DNA of 64,000 nucleotides, taken from the NCBI GenBank assembly GCA_965279035.1, contig OZ257142.1:2432001-2496000 (forward strand), in the 5' to 3' direction. Shown here piece by piece: positions 11,465-21,374 of the stretch; the first letter of the stretch is position 1; each line of letters opens with the position of its first letter. This DNA is from Bacteroidia bacterium. Its GTDB lineage: Bacteria > Bacteroidota > Bacteroidia > M30B66. Under the pieces are notes generated by a model, which was not told the DNA's origin, ran no database searches, and saw only the letters and a program-made list of their open reading frames with translations. A program made the translations under genes and the position numbers.

Positions 11465-12847
11465 TTATTTTTTATAGGTGTACACGTAGTACTGCCAAGG
11501 CTCTAAGGTAAGTTGAATTTGATTTTTGAAAGCGACTTCTGGCTGTGCTCCGAAAATTTCTTGTGCAATCCCAGCAACATCGGGAGAATCGAGCTTAACT
11601 TTTTGTTTTTTATTGCTCAAATTCAACACAAATAAGACTTTGGAATTTTCTTTTTTACGCAGGAAGCTGAAAACGAAATCCTCTTTACCATTGGGAAGAA
11701 CAATCATTTCACCTCCATTTTCTCCACAACGCAATGCTGCTTCTTGTTTTTTCAATTTCAACATGCGTGAATAAAAGTCGGCCATCGGAAATTTCGAAAA
11801 GTCGATGGTGTCTTTATCGAAGAAACGGATGGTTTTAGCATTGGCTGCTTCTTGTCCGCTGTAGATGAGCGGCATACCATTCAATCCAAACGTTAAGACA
11901 GAAAAAGCCTTCACTCCTGCTCCAAACTTATCGTATTCACTTTTGCTCCAGGAGTTTTCATCGTGGTTGGAAGTGAAATACATGTGATAAGCATTTTTTG
12001 GAAATGACTTATTGGCTTCTAGGTATGCGGTGATGTCTTTAACTGTTTTCTTATTAGCAGCGATATCTACTAAGGTGTGGTAAAGTTTCCAACCATAAGC
12101 CATGTCAAACGCTTTTTCGTGCAGATTTGCTTCTTCTGCTTCGGCTAACATAAAGGTTCCTGGATGCAATTGTTCGAGTTGGCGACGTACATCTTGCCAA
12201 AAATCAACAGGAACCATGTAGGCCACATCGCAACGGAAACCGTCGATATTACTGGCTTTCATCCAGAATTTCATGGCATCAATCATGGCAGCGCGCATGT
12301 TCGCGTTGTCGTAATTCAAATCAGCTACATCTGACCAGTCGTCCACTGGAGATTTGATTTCGCCTTTATCGTTTTTGTTATAGTATTCGGGATGATTCTT
12401 AATCCAGGAATGGTCAAAAGCTGTGTGGTTTGCTACCCAATCAAGGATGACTTTCATTCCTAAACTATGTGCTTTGTTCACCAGATTTACCCAATCCTCC
12501 ATTGTTCCCATTTCGGGATTAACTGCCATGTAATCTTGGATGCTGTAATAGCTTCCGAGCGACCCTTTACGTTTGAGCTTTCCAATCGGTTGAATAGGCA
12601 TCACCCAAAGAATTTCTACGCCCATGTTGTGCAAGCGTTCGAGATGAGTGCCGAATTCGTTGATTGTTCCAGAAGGTGTGTACTGGCGAATGTTTACTTC
12701 GTAGATATTGCTAGTTGCGGCCCATTCGGGTGGATACGCAGTTTTCATAGCACCTGGAATTGAGGAAGACCGAGCTTTGATTTGAGGTTGAGCCATGGCA
12801 GAAATGGAGATTGCCAAAAGACAAAAGCTGAGAAGAGTTAAACGCAT
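11465..12847 (-). CDS. GH13 alpha-amylase family glycoside hydrolase, secreted
   Basis: DWVANH, GFRCDVA, LAEAE and NHDEN catalytic regions. Signal peptide from M at 12847; the ORF-track start at 12874 overlaps the upstream gene. Confidence 0.9.
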   Translation of the reverse strand: MRLTLLSFCLLAISISAMAQPQIKARSSSIPGAMKTAYPPEWAATSNIYEVNIRQYTPSGTINEFGTHLERLHNMGVEILWVMPIQPIGKLKRKGSLGSYYSIQDYMAVNPEMGTMEDWVNLVNKAHSLGMKVILDWVANHTAFDHSWIKNHPEYYNKNDKGEIKSPVDDWSDVADLNYDNANMRAAMIDAMKFWMKASNIDGFRCDVAYMVPVDFWQDVRRQLEQLHPGTFMLAEAEEANLHEKAFDMAYGWKLYHTLVDIAANKKTVKDITAYLEANKSFPKNAYHMYFTSNHDENSWSKSEYDKFGAGVKAFSVLTFGLNGMPLIYSGQEAANAKTIRFFDKDTIDFSKFPMADFYSRMLKLKKQEAALRCGENGGEMIVLPNGKEDFVFSFLRKKENSKVLFVLNLSNKKQKVKLDSPDVAGIAQEIFGAQPEVAFKNQIQLTLEPWQYYVYTYKK

Positions 12848-12854
12848 ATGAATA

Positions 12855-15230
12855 TTAATTCGTGGCAATTTCAAATGAGATTGGATTGAGTTCGATGCTT
12901 AGTTTGGAGCCATTTACCGACAATTTGGAACCGAAGTTAGCTTTAAGCAGGTTGGCTTTGACATAAGAAGGAATTTCGATTTCGAGCTTTTGTGGTAGTC
13001 CGGAACGATTAAGAAAAAGGATTGCAGCTTGATCGAAATATTGACGTAGAATCACTAAATGATCTTTCCCAGCACTTAAAATTCGGGTATCTCCATAGCT
13101 GAGTGCTAAAGATGAACCACGCAATTTTCCGAGTTGAGCTGTTACTTTTTTAACTGATTCTTCTTCGGGAGAAAGTCCTGTAAAACGCATCATACGACGG
13201 TTATCCGGATCGTTTGCGCCTGGCATTCCGATTTCATCGCCATAATAGATGATTGGAATACCCGGAATACTCATGATAAAAGCATTGAGCATTTTCAAAC
13301 GTGCATATCCTCGCGGATCTTCCACTTTGATTTCACGCGACCAACCAGCTTCTTTCTCATCTTCACCCGGACGTTGTGATCCGCCAGCATAGTATAGAAA
13401 ACGAGGCATGTCGTGGTTTCCGGTAATGTTGCCCATCAAGGAATGACTTCCATTATACAAGGAAGATTCGTTTAGTGATTCTGCTACATTTTGGAACGAA
13501 AGATTCTCGCCAGCAAAAACGTTACGCGCATCGAAATACAAATTGAAATCGAACTGCGCATCTAACATTCCGCTACCAATGTAACTACCAATCAATTCGC
13601 GGCTTCCAAAGGTTTCACCAATCTGATACACATTGCGTTTTTCGCCTGTGATAACTTGATTTTTAATCTTCTTGGTAAGTGCTCTCCAGAATGTTTCCGA
13701 AACGTGTTTGGTAGCATCGTGACGGAATCCATCGATTTTAAATTTCTTCAACCAATACACTGCCGAATCCGAAAAAGCATCGACTGCTTCGGGTTTGTCG
13801 TAATTGATATCGGGCATAAAATCATCGAACCAAGTGGTCAAGCGTTGTGCATCCCAAATGCGAATGTTGACGGTACTATCCGCCAGGTACATCGAATTAA
13901 ACCAATCGGGATGTTGTTTGTAGAGTGGATTTTCTTTGTGGATGTGATTGGAAACGAAATCCATCACGACATTCATATTGTTAGCATGCGCTGTATTGAC
14001 AAGCTCTTCGAGCACAGCATCGGTTCCAAAACGGGTGTCAACTTTTGTTTCGAGCACTGGCCAATACCCGTGATAACCTGAGAACCAGCGCCTAGGCTTT
14101 GGGTATTCCTGCCAAGCTCCTTGCGGATTTTGTACAATTGGAGAAACCCAAAGTGTGTTGATGCCTAAACTTTTAAAATATCCGTCTTTAATTTTTTGAG
14201 TAATACCTGCAAGATCACCACCTTGATAATTGGCTTTGAAATCGATGCGAGGATCATCAACCGGTTTATCATTGAGCGAATCGCCATTGTTGAAACGATC
14301 GACCATCATGAAATACAAAATCGAAGTATGAAAATCGTCTCGTTTTAGTTGAGCAGTTTGAGTTGGAACGGCACCTTTTACTAATGGTATCAACAAATCG
14401 TTGCCTGCACCATTTTCGTTATAGCCCCAAACACGTAAGGTAGAAACATCTAATGAAGCTGCTTCTTTGGGAAGTGTAATGATGAGTTTGTTTCCTTCCG
14501 ATTTGAGCATTTCGGCAGGTAGGCGATAGTTTTCCCACACCACGAAATACTCTTTTACACCTTGTTCAGCAGCGATAGTAACTGTTCCATCGGTGTGAGC
14601 TTCAGTATGGAGGATTGGCGCTTTATCTAGCTTTCCGGCTGAGATTTTCATCACCGAATTCATCCCGCCCATTCCGTTCGGTTTGGTTTCGGTCTCGTTT
14701 GGATCGAGCATCCATTTGCCATCTGCAACTATCTGGTAGCTATAATTTCCCGGATTGAGTAGCATGCTTTTTTGCCATTTCCCATTTTCGAGCGTTAGCT
14801 GAGTCTGATCTGGTTGCCAGTTATTGATATCACCAGCAATTTGTACAGATTTATAAGTCGCGCCTTTAGGATCAAAGGAGAAGACAAATTTTTGCTTAAC
14901 CGATCGTTTCAGGATGAGTGAATACACATCGCCCTTGGACCAAATACGTAATTCGGAAATGGGTTGAACGGTAGCCGCATCCACGACTAGCGCTAGTTTT
15001 TCTTTATTGGCTGATAGTGTCGCTTTTACGCCAGTTATAGCCGAAACGGAATCGATTTGAGTTACATCAACCAAGTAGTCTTGCAGCAGAATTGTGCCCG
15101 TATCGATTGGTAATGTTAGTGGAGCCGCGATTCCAACCATAGCTGGTTCTACAGGAATATGGAAGCCATTTTTACCCGAACAGGCTGCTAATAGTATAAC
15201 GAATGGCAAATAAACAATACGATGTATCAT
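12855..15230 (-). CDS. GH13 alpha-amylase lipoprotein with CBM48-like module
   Basis: Lipobox LAAC; CBM48-like IAGDINNW...YQIVADGKWMLDP; YHGYWP, DFVSNH, GFRHDA, IGETF and GNHD motifs. Confidence 0.9.
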   Translation of the reverse strand: MIHRIVYLPFVILLAACSGKNGFHIPVEPAMVGIAAPLTLPIDTGTILLQDYLVDVTQIDSVSAITGVKATLSANKEKLALVVDAATVQPISELRIWSKGDVYSLILKRSVKQKFVFSFDPKGATYKSVQIAGDINNWQPDQTQLTLENGKWQKSMLLNPGNYSYQIVADGKWMLDPNETETKPNGMGGMNSVMKISAGKLDKAPILHTEAHTDGTVTIAAEQGVKEYFVVWENYRLPAEMLKSEGNKLIITLPKEAASLDVSTLRVWGYNENGAGNDLLIPLVKGAVPTQTAQLKRDDFHTSILYFMMVDRFNNGDSLNDKPVDDPRIDFKANYQGGDLAGITQKIKDGYFKSLGINTLWVSPIVQNPQGAWQEYPKPRRWFSGYHGYWPVLETKVDTRFGTDAVLEELVNTAHANNMNVVMDFVSNHIHKENPLYKQHPDWFNSMYLADSTVNIRIWDAQRLTTWFDDFMPDINYDKPEAVDAFSDSAVYWLKKFKIDGFRHDATKHVSETFWRALTKKIKNQVITGEKRNVYQIGETFGSRELIGSYIGSGMLDAQFDFNLYFDARNVFAGENLSFQNVAESLNESSLYNGSHSLMGNITGNHDMPRFLYYAGGSQRPGEDEKEAGWSREIKVEDPRGYARLKMLNAFIMSIPGIPIIYYGDEIGMPGANDPDNRRMMRFTGLSPEEESVKKVTAQLGKLRGSSLALSYGDTRILSAGKDHLVILRQYFDQAAILFLNRSGLPQKLEIEIPSYVKANLLKANFGSKLSVNGSKLSIELNPISFEIATN

Positions 15231-15239
15231 AAGCGGTGA

Positions 15240-17663
15240 TTACCAAGTGATTTGAACTTCGCCCAATTGAGCAGGAAGTTCGATATACGGTAGATTTTTA
15301 ACCTGAATCGGATCTTGTGGCGGAACATGATAGGGATCGAAATCAGATATCGGCTCGACGAATCGGTAGTTTTGACTACTAACTGCCACTTCCTTTCCGT
15401 TTACAAGTAGTTTAGGTTGATTTGAGTTTTGTCCGTGCAGGTATAATTTCCAGGTTTTGATAGGTGAATGGAAGTTACCTTGACTAGCTCCAATCTGAAG
15501 TGAATTGCCGTTTAGCAAGAATTCACGGGTTGAGCTTTTGCCTTGTGCATATTCATACGTTGCACCATCATCTTCATACTGAACAAAACGAGTTGAAGCA
15601 CCCGGATATACATGAATTTCGAGTGTTTCGGCTGCTTTTTCCTTCATCAAACTCGTCACAGAATCCTGCATCAACAGTATGCTTCCAGCCTTCACATATA
15701 ATGGAAGTGTTTCCATTCCAGCTTCGAGCACCAATTCTACTCCACCCGCTTGAACTGCATCGTTGTAAATGTTGTACCATGTTCCCTCAGGGAAATAAGC
15801 CTTGTTATGAAGTTTGGTACTTTCACATGGAATGACCAAAATAGAAGCTCCGAACAAGTATTGATTCTGATAAGGATCACGGTAGATTTTAGCATCGTTC
15901 GTGTAATCGATTGCTAAAGAACGTGCTACCGGAATTCCTGTTTGAGAAGTTTCGTAAAACGAGGAATAGATATAGGGCATGAGTCGGTAGCGAAGCTTGA
16001 TGTAATTACGCGACACATCTTCTACCGCTTCACCAAATGACCAAGGCTCCGAATCGCGGCTGTTAACCATCGAATGCGAACGGAAGAAAGGTGAAAATGC
16101 ACCAAGGGCAATCCAACGAGCAAAAAGTTCTGGTGTAGCTTCTCCGGCAAATCCTCCAACATCGTAACCAGCGAATGCAACACCTGTCAAGCCCATACTG
16201 TTCACCAATCGAACGCCAGCTAACATGTGATCATCGGTACTAACATTATCGCCTGTCCACACCGCAGCGTGACGTTGAATTCCGCTGTATCCGGCACGTG
16301 TTAAAACAAACGGACGTTTCCCTTTCATGAGATTTTTCCCTCCTTCTTGCGTGCTACGAGCCATCTGCATTCCGTAAACGTTACGGGCTTTTTTATGCGT
16401 AGCACCTTCACCTTCGTAATCGAATTCAATTAGATCGGGAAGATGTTGTCCCCAAGCTGCTGGTTCATTCATATCGTTCCAGAAACCTTCTACTCCCACG
16501 TCTGTAATGGCATGCATTTTTTCTGCCCACCAAGTCCGAGCTTCTTCCTTCGTAAAATCAGGGAAAGCACTCCAACCTGGCCATACTTGTCCGTTGTATT
16601 CAGCGCCATCGGGATATTTCACGAACATGTCCAGCTTTTTGCCTTCATCGTATGCGTGATATCCGGGTTCTTTCTTAATACCCGGATCGAGAATTACCAC
16701 TACGTTGAATCCCATTTCCTTTAGCTCTTTCAACAAACCTTTGGGATCGGGAAAACGTGTAGGATGCCAAGTGAAAACTTTATAGGCTTCCATGTAGTGA
16801 ATATCGAGGTAAAGAACATCCGCAGGAATATCCTTCTCACGGAACGTACGCGCGGCATTGAGCACTTCTGGATACGGATAGTAGCTATAACGACATTGTT
16901 GAAAACCAAGGCTCCAAAGTGGAGGCATTTCCATTCTGCCGGTAAGCCAAGTATAGCGTTCAATGATGCCCGCAACTGTTGGTTGGTGGATGATGTAGTA
17001 ATTCATCTCCCCATCTTCGGCTTGGAAATACGAAAAACGATCGTTGGAGCAACCGAAGTTAAACGTGGTTTTGTGCGTATTATCAAAGAAAATCCCATAA
17101 GGACGACCTTCTACAATGCCCATATAAAACGGAGTACTCAAGTAAAGAGGATCACCATCGGTTGGATAAGCAAAATTATCGGTGTTCCAGTTAACGTAGG
17201 TTTTTCCACGGCGGTCGAGGTTACCAGTCTTCTCCCCTAGTCCGATAAAGCGCTCATCGGGTTGAAGTTGTTTATAGGTCGTGACTTCATTGGCTAACCA
17301 ACTAGTACCAAATGCAGGATCATCGGCAGTGAGGATTTTCCCATCCAAGGTATAAGCTGAAATTCGGAAAGGTGCTTTGCTGATGCGGATTTCGAGTGCA
17401 TGCGTTTTAAGAGAAAAGCCAGAAGCTGATTCACTAAAATCGAATGGTGTTGCTTGAGGTTCGTTAATTACAGCGTACGAAAATCCACTGAAGTTGCAGT
17501 CGTTCTTGGCTATCCGAACTCGAATAATTGCGTGATCGTAAACGCTTATGCGAATGTGAGCATTGCTTGTGTTGAATGTGATTTCTTGATTCGTAACCGA
17601 ATGACTGAGATAGTCGGAAACGGCCTCGTTAAAAGTTCCTCCTTGACGGTGCTGTAGCGCCAT
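15240..17663 (-). CDS. GH31 alpha-glucosidase
   Basis: GLGEK, LDIHYM, WNDMNEP (nucleophile), WTGDN and DVGGF motifs; no signal peptide. Confidence 0.93.
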   Translation of the reverse strand: MALQHRQGGTFNEAVSDYLSHSVTNQEITFNTSNAHIRISVYDHAIIRVRIAKNDCNFSGFSYAVINEPQATPFDFSESASGFSLKTHALEIRISKAPFRISAYTLDGKILTADDPAFGTSWLANEVTTYKQLQPDERFIGLGEKTGNLDRRGKTYVNWNTDNFAYPTDGDPLYLSTPFYMGIVEGRPYGIFFDNTHKTTFNFGCSNDRFSYFQAEDGEMNYYIIHQPTVAGIIERYTWLTGRMEMPPLWSLGFQQCRYSYYPYPEVLNAARTFREKDIPADVLYLDIHYMEAYKVFTWHPTRFPDPKGLLKELKEMGFNVVVILDPGIKKEPGYHAYDEGKKLDMFVKYPDGAEYNGQVWPGWSAFPDFTKEEARTWWAEKMHAITDVGVEGFWNDMNEPAAWGQHLPDLIEFDYEGEGATHKKARNVYGMQMARSTQEGGKNLMKGKRPFVLTRAGYSGIQRHAAVWTGDNVSTDDHMLAGVRLVNSMGLTGVAFAGYDVGGFAGEATPELFARWIALGAFSPFFRSHSMVNSRDSEPWSFGEAVEDVSRNYIKLRYRLMPYIYSSFYETSQTGIPVARSLAIDYTNDAKIYRDPYQNQYLFGASILVIPCESTKLHNKAYFPEGTWYNIYNDAVQAGGVELVLEAGMETLPLYVKAGSILLMQDSVTSLMKEKAAETLEIHVYPGASTRFVQYEDDGATYEYAQGKSSTREFLLNGNSLQIGASQGNFHSPIKTWKLYLHGQNSNQPKLLVNGKEVAVSSQNYRFVEPISDFDPYHVPPQDPIQVKNLPYIELPAQLGEVQITW

Positions 17664-17680
17664 GTATGTGATTTCTTAGC

Positions 17681-18544
17681 TTATTTTTTAGCAAAATGTT
17701 GTTTCATGTGGTAGTTCACCAAACCGTAAATAGGCTTTTTGATGATGGTTCCTACCTGAATGCCCATATTTGATCCAACACGGCGCACATTATCTTCGAA
17801 ATGATAGGCAATTGAACCAATCAAATGAACTGGAACACGTTGGTAATTCTTGTAACAAGCGATGCTGCTCGTAAAGAAATCCTCCATGCCTTTATCTACT
17901 AATTTCTGAACCCAATCCAATTGTTTATTGTCGGATAAAACCTTCATAAACGAAGCTAGATATACATTTGCATGAGGTTTCATGTAGACGTTTTCTACGA
18001 TAATGTCGCGACTTAACTTGAAATCGTTCGCGAGAACGTTGTGGATTTCATCAGGTAAACTATTGGAAAGGAACTTCTTACACAGGATTTTACCATAGTA
18101 AGAACCGCTTCCTTCATCACCTAGAATATAACCGAGACCGAGTCCGCTGTTGGCTTGTTTCACGATATCACCATCGAAGTAGCAGGAATTGGAACCTGTC
18201 CCAAGAATTCCTGTAATGGCAGGATTTTCATCCCAAGTAGCGAAAGCAGCACCCACAAGATCGTGGTCGACATAGATATTCGCATTAACGAAAACCGATC
18301 GTAAAGCACGTTCAACAACCAGTTTTAATTCTTTACTGGAGCAACCAGCACTGTATAAAAACAACATGGTTACTTGTGGAGCCAATTCGCATAAACCAGT
18401 ATTCTGGCGGATGGCATTGGAGATAACCGCTTCGTTGTGGAAATAAGGATTGAATCCCATGGTGCTGAAACTTTGTGCCTCCTCGTTTTCTTTGAGAAGC
18501 ATCCAGTCGCACTTAGTAGATCCGCTATCGGCAATGAGTAGCAT
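17681..18544 (-). CDS. BadF/BadG/BcrA/BcrD-type sugar kinase (N-acetylglucosamine kinase / hexokinase-like)
   Basis: IADSGSTK, ILGTGSNS and LGYILGDEGSG motifs. Confidence 0.88.
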   Translation of the reverse strand: MLLIADSGSTKCDWMLLKENEEAQSFSTMGFNPYFHNEAVISNAIRQNTGLCELAPQVTMLFLYSAGCSSKELKLVVERALRSVFVNANIYVDHDLVGAAFATWDENPAITGILGTGSNSCYFDGDIVKQANSGLGLGYILGDEGSGSYYGKILCKKFLSNSLPDEIHNVLANDFKLSRDIIVENVYMKPHANVYLASFMKVLSDNKQLDWVQKLVDKGMEDFFTSSIACYKNYQRVPVHLIGSIAYHFEDNVRRVGSNMGIQVGTIIKKPIYGLVNYHMKQHFAKK

Positions 18545-18562
18545 AGGGTAATGTATTTAGGT

Positions 18563-20197
18563 TCAAAGTATAAAATCGGTCGACAAAAAATTAGACTTTC
18601 TGCCTTCGAGAATTTGAGTAAAAACGTGACGATTTTCTTCTGTGTCGCGCGTTGCAACCATGGTACGAATGGAGAAAACTCGTAGTGCATCAGTCACACT
18701 TAAGGTACCTTCGGCTGAGTCTTTTCGTCCATTAAATGGATAGTTATCGGGACCACGCTGACATTTAGTATTGATGTTAATCCGACAAACCTGATTAATC
18801 AGTGGATCAATCAATTGAGCGATTTCATCTGCATCATTACTGAAGATACTAACTTGTTGTCCGTAGTGGCTTTGTACAATGTATTCCACCGGTTCATCCA
18901 CCGAATCGAAAGCAATAACTGGAATGACAGGACCAAACTGTTCTTCCTGATATATACGCATGGTATTATTAACTGGGAAAAGCACGGTTGGAAAGTAAAA
19001 ACTAAGGTGACTTCTACCTCCACCTTCATTCAAAATGCTAGCACCTTTAGCTATTGCATCATCGACTAGTTCTTGCAAATAGGCCGGTTTACCTGGTTCG
19101 GGAAGTGGCGTGATATAGGCATCTTTTTCCCAAGGCATTCCAGCTTTTAGCAATTCTACTTTGAAGCACAATTGTTCTAGGAAAGCATCGACAATAGAAC
19201 GATGTACATAGATTAATTTAAGAGCAGTACAACGTTGACCATTAAATGCCAGAGCACCATTTAGGCATTCTGAAACGGCAATGTCCAAATTAGCATCGGG
19301 CAGAATGATAGCTGGATTTTTAGCATCTAATCCGAGAACCGAACGCAAGCGATTGGAATGAGGATGTTGTTTTTTGAGGATGTTTGCAACTTTGCTAGAA
19401 CCAATAAAGGCAAGAACATCTATTTTGCCCGTTTCCATGAGTGTTCCAGCGGTTTCTTTACCATCACCATAAATCACATTGATGACACCAGCAGGAAAAC
19501 ACGTTTTGAATGCTTCAAGTAAAGGATGGATGAGCAGGATTCCAAATTTAGCTGGACGAAAAATCACGGTATTTCCCATGATTAAGGCGGGAATTAGCGT
19601 GGCGAACGTTTCGTTTAAGGGATAATTATAAGGGCCCATACATAGCACCACTCCCAAAGGACCTCGCCGAACTTGAGCATAAATACCATGATGCAATTCG
19701 AGTCGTGATGTTTCGCGATCAAGATTTTTGACGGCATCAAGGGTATCTTCAATGTATTCGACAGTTCGATCGAATTCTACTTCTGAATCACTTTGATTTT
19801 TACCAATTTCGAACATCAGCCAACGTACAATCAGCTCCCGTTTTTCAATCATCTGACGAAGGAAATGTTCAATAGAAGCAATACGATCACGGACTTTTAG
19901 TGTAGGCCATTCACCTCGCCCCAAATTATACGCATTGAGCGCCGATTCGAGTACTTGTTGTATGTCATCTGGTCCCATTTCGGGATAGGAGCCTAAGCGT
20001 ATTTTTTCGAAAGAATCACCCTTTTGAACATAGATGGGCGAGTAAACATCTGTTTGCTTACCAGTCCATGGTTTTAGCTCACCATTACATAGAAATACAC
20101 GTTGATCGAGTACCTCGGGTTGAAGTCCGCTAGGTACCTGATTTACTTGGGGAAAAAGATCTATGTAAGAGCCGGTATGCAGCATGTTTTGTATCAA
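18563..20197 (-). CDS. gapN: NADP-dependent non-phosphorylating glyceraldehyde-3-phosphate dehydrogenase (ALDH superfamily)
   Basis: PYNYPLNE, FIGSS, LGLDAKNP, NGQRCTA, EEQFGP and RGPD..PFNGRKDS motifs. Start is either the TTG overlapping the pfkA stop or the ATG at 20185. Confidence 0.88.
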   Translation of the reverse strand: MIQNMLHTGSYIDLFPQVNQVPSGLQPEVLDQRVFLCNGELKPWTGKQTDVYSPIYVQKGDSFEKIRLGSYPEMGPDDIQQVLESALNAYNLGRGEWPTLKVRDRIASIEHFLRQMIEKRELIVRWLMFEIGKNQSDSEVEFDRTVEYIEDTLDAVKNLDRETSRLELHHGIYAQVRRGPLGVVLCMGPYNYPLNETFATLIPALIMGNTVIFRPAKFGILLIHPLLEAFKTCFPAGVINVIYGDGKETAGTLMETGKIDVLAFIGSSKVANILKKQHPHSNRLRSVLGLDAKNPAIILPDANLDIAVSECLNGALAFNGQRCTALKLIYVHRSIVDAFLEQLCFKVELLKAGMPWEKDAYITPLPEPGKPAYLQELVDDAIAKGASILNEGGGRSHLSFYFPTVLFPVNNTMRIYQEEQFGPVIPVIAFDSVDEPVEYIVQSHYGQQVSIFSNDADEIAQLIDPLINQVCRININTKCQRGPDNYPFNGRKDSAEGTLSVTDALRVFSIRTMVATRDTEENRHVFTQILEGRKSNFLSTDFIL

Positions 20198-21174
20198 ACG
20201 GAAAGAATCGCAGCAATACGCAGCAGTTCGTTTTCGAAGTTATTTACGTTTTTAGTAGCCTGATCGAAGGCCGTAAATTTAACTTGATTATTGACAATGC
20301 CTATCATCACTCCTGATTTGCCTTCTAACAGACTTTCAACAGCTACAACTCCCATCCTACTTGCTAAAACACGATCGGCAACTGTAGGTGAACCGCCCCG
20401 TTGAACGTGACCGAGTATGGTAACTTTGGTATCGTAATGGGCAAAACGATCAGTAACTTGTTTGGCAATATCCATCGATCGTCCTGGTTTTCCGGCCTCG
20501 GCAACTACAACCAAACTGGATGATTTTTTTCCAACAGCTCCAATTTCGAGTAATTTAATTAGACCGTCAATATCGAGTGGACGTTCTGGTATCATAGTAG
20601 CTTCGGCGCCTGCAGCGATGGAGCTTTGCATGGCAATCATTCCAGAATCACGCCCCATCACTTCGATAAAAAACAATCGATTATGGGAAGATGCAGTATC
20701 GCGTACTTTATCAATTGCTGAACAAGCTGTATTTACAGCGGTGTCGTAACCGATGGTGAAATCTGTTCCATTCACATCATTATCAATGGTACCAGGTAAA
20801 CCTACTACTGGAATTCCGTATTCTTTAGAAAAAATTTCCGCACCTCGAAATGTACCATCGCCACCAATGGCAACCAATGCATCTACCTCAAATGATTTTA
20901 GATTATCGTAAGCTTTTTTCCGTCCTTCAGGAGTCATAAACTCCATGCTGCGTGCAGTTTTGAGGATAGTTCCGCCACGTTGGATAATATTAGAAACCGA
21001 ACGACTATCGAGTACTTTGATATCGCCCGAAATCATTCCATCATAGCCTCGGTAAATTCCAACGGGAGTTAATTTGTAAAAGATACATGCCCGAACAACG
21101 GCACGAATAGCAGCATTCATTCCGGGAGCATCACCACCTGAGGTAAAAATTCCTATGCGTTGAATCTTGGACAT
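20194..21174 (-). CDS. pfkA: ATP-dependent 6-phosphofructokinase
   Basis: TSGGDAPGMNA, GGDGT, PGTIDND, EVMGR and LGHVQRGG motifs. Confidence 0.97.
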   Translation of the reverse strand: MSKIQRIGIFTSGGDAPGMNAAIRAVVRACIFYKLTPVGIYRGYDGMISGDIKVLDSRSVSNIIQRGGTILKTARSMEFMTPEGRKKAYDNLKSFEVDALVAIGGDGTFRGAEIFSKEYGIPVVGLPGTIDNDVNGTDFTIGYDTAVNTACSAIDKVRDTASSHNRLFFIEVMGRDSGMIAMQSSIAAGAEATMIPERPLDIDGLIKLLEIGAVGKKSSSLVVVAEAGKPGRSMDIAKQVTDRFAHYDTKVTILGHVQRGGSPTVADRVLASRMGVVAVESLLEGKSGVMIGIVNNQVKFTAFDQATKNVNNFENELLRIAAILSV

Positions 21175-21196
21175 AGTCTTAAATAATTGGCTAAAT

Positions 21197-21217
21197 TAAG
21201 TGTTATAATGACACTTA
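21197..21217. promoter_or_regulatory. Candidate NrtR-family operator upstream of pfkA
   Basis: 21-bp palindrome TAAGTGT-TATAATG-ACACTTA. Confidence 0.75.
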
Positions 21218-21319
21218 GTTTCTTAGTAAGTGAAAATTATCAACATCTGTACTCATTTGTGGCTTGCAAGATGGAAAAAAATTGTGATAGAACCTGCAAT
21301 TATCTAAGTAAGTAGCTGT

Positions 21320-21340
21320 ATGGTGTATCATTGACACAAT
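21320..21340. promoter_or_regulatory. Candidate NrtR-family operator upstream of the regulator gene (autoregulation)
   Basis: ATGGTGT-ATCATTG-ACACAAT, same GTGT-N7-ACAC core. Confidence 0.6.
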
Positions 21341-21374
21341 TCATCATAAAACAGTATATTTACCCACCTTTTCA

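Noticed and set aside
4799-20200. Apparently higher GC than the 21-47 kb region, suggesting a genomic island
   Set aside because: Impression by eye only. The genes are core metabolic, with no integrase, tRNA or boundary repeats; a sliding-window GC and codon analysis would be needed.
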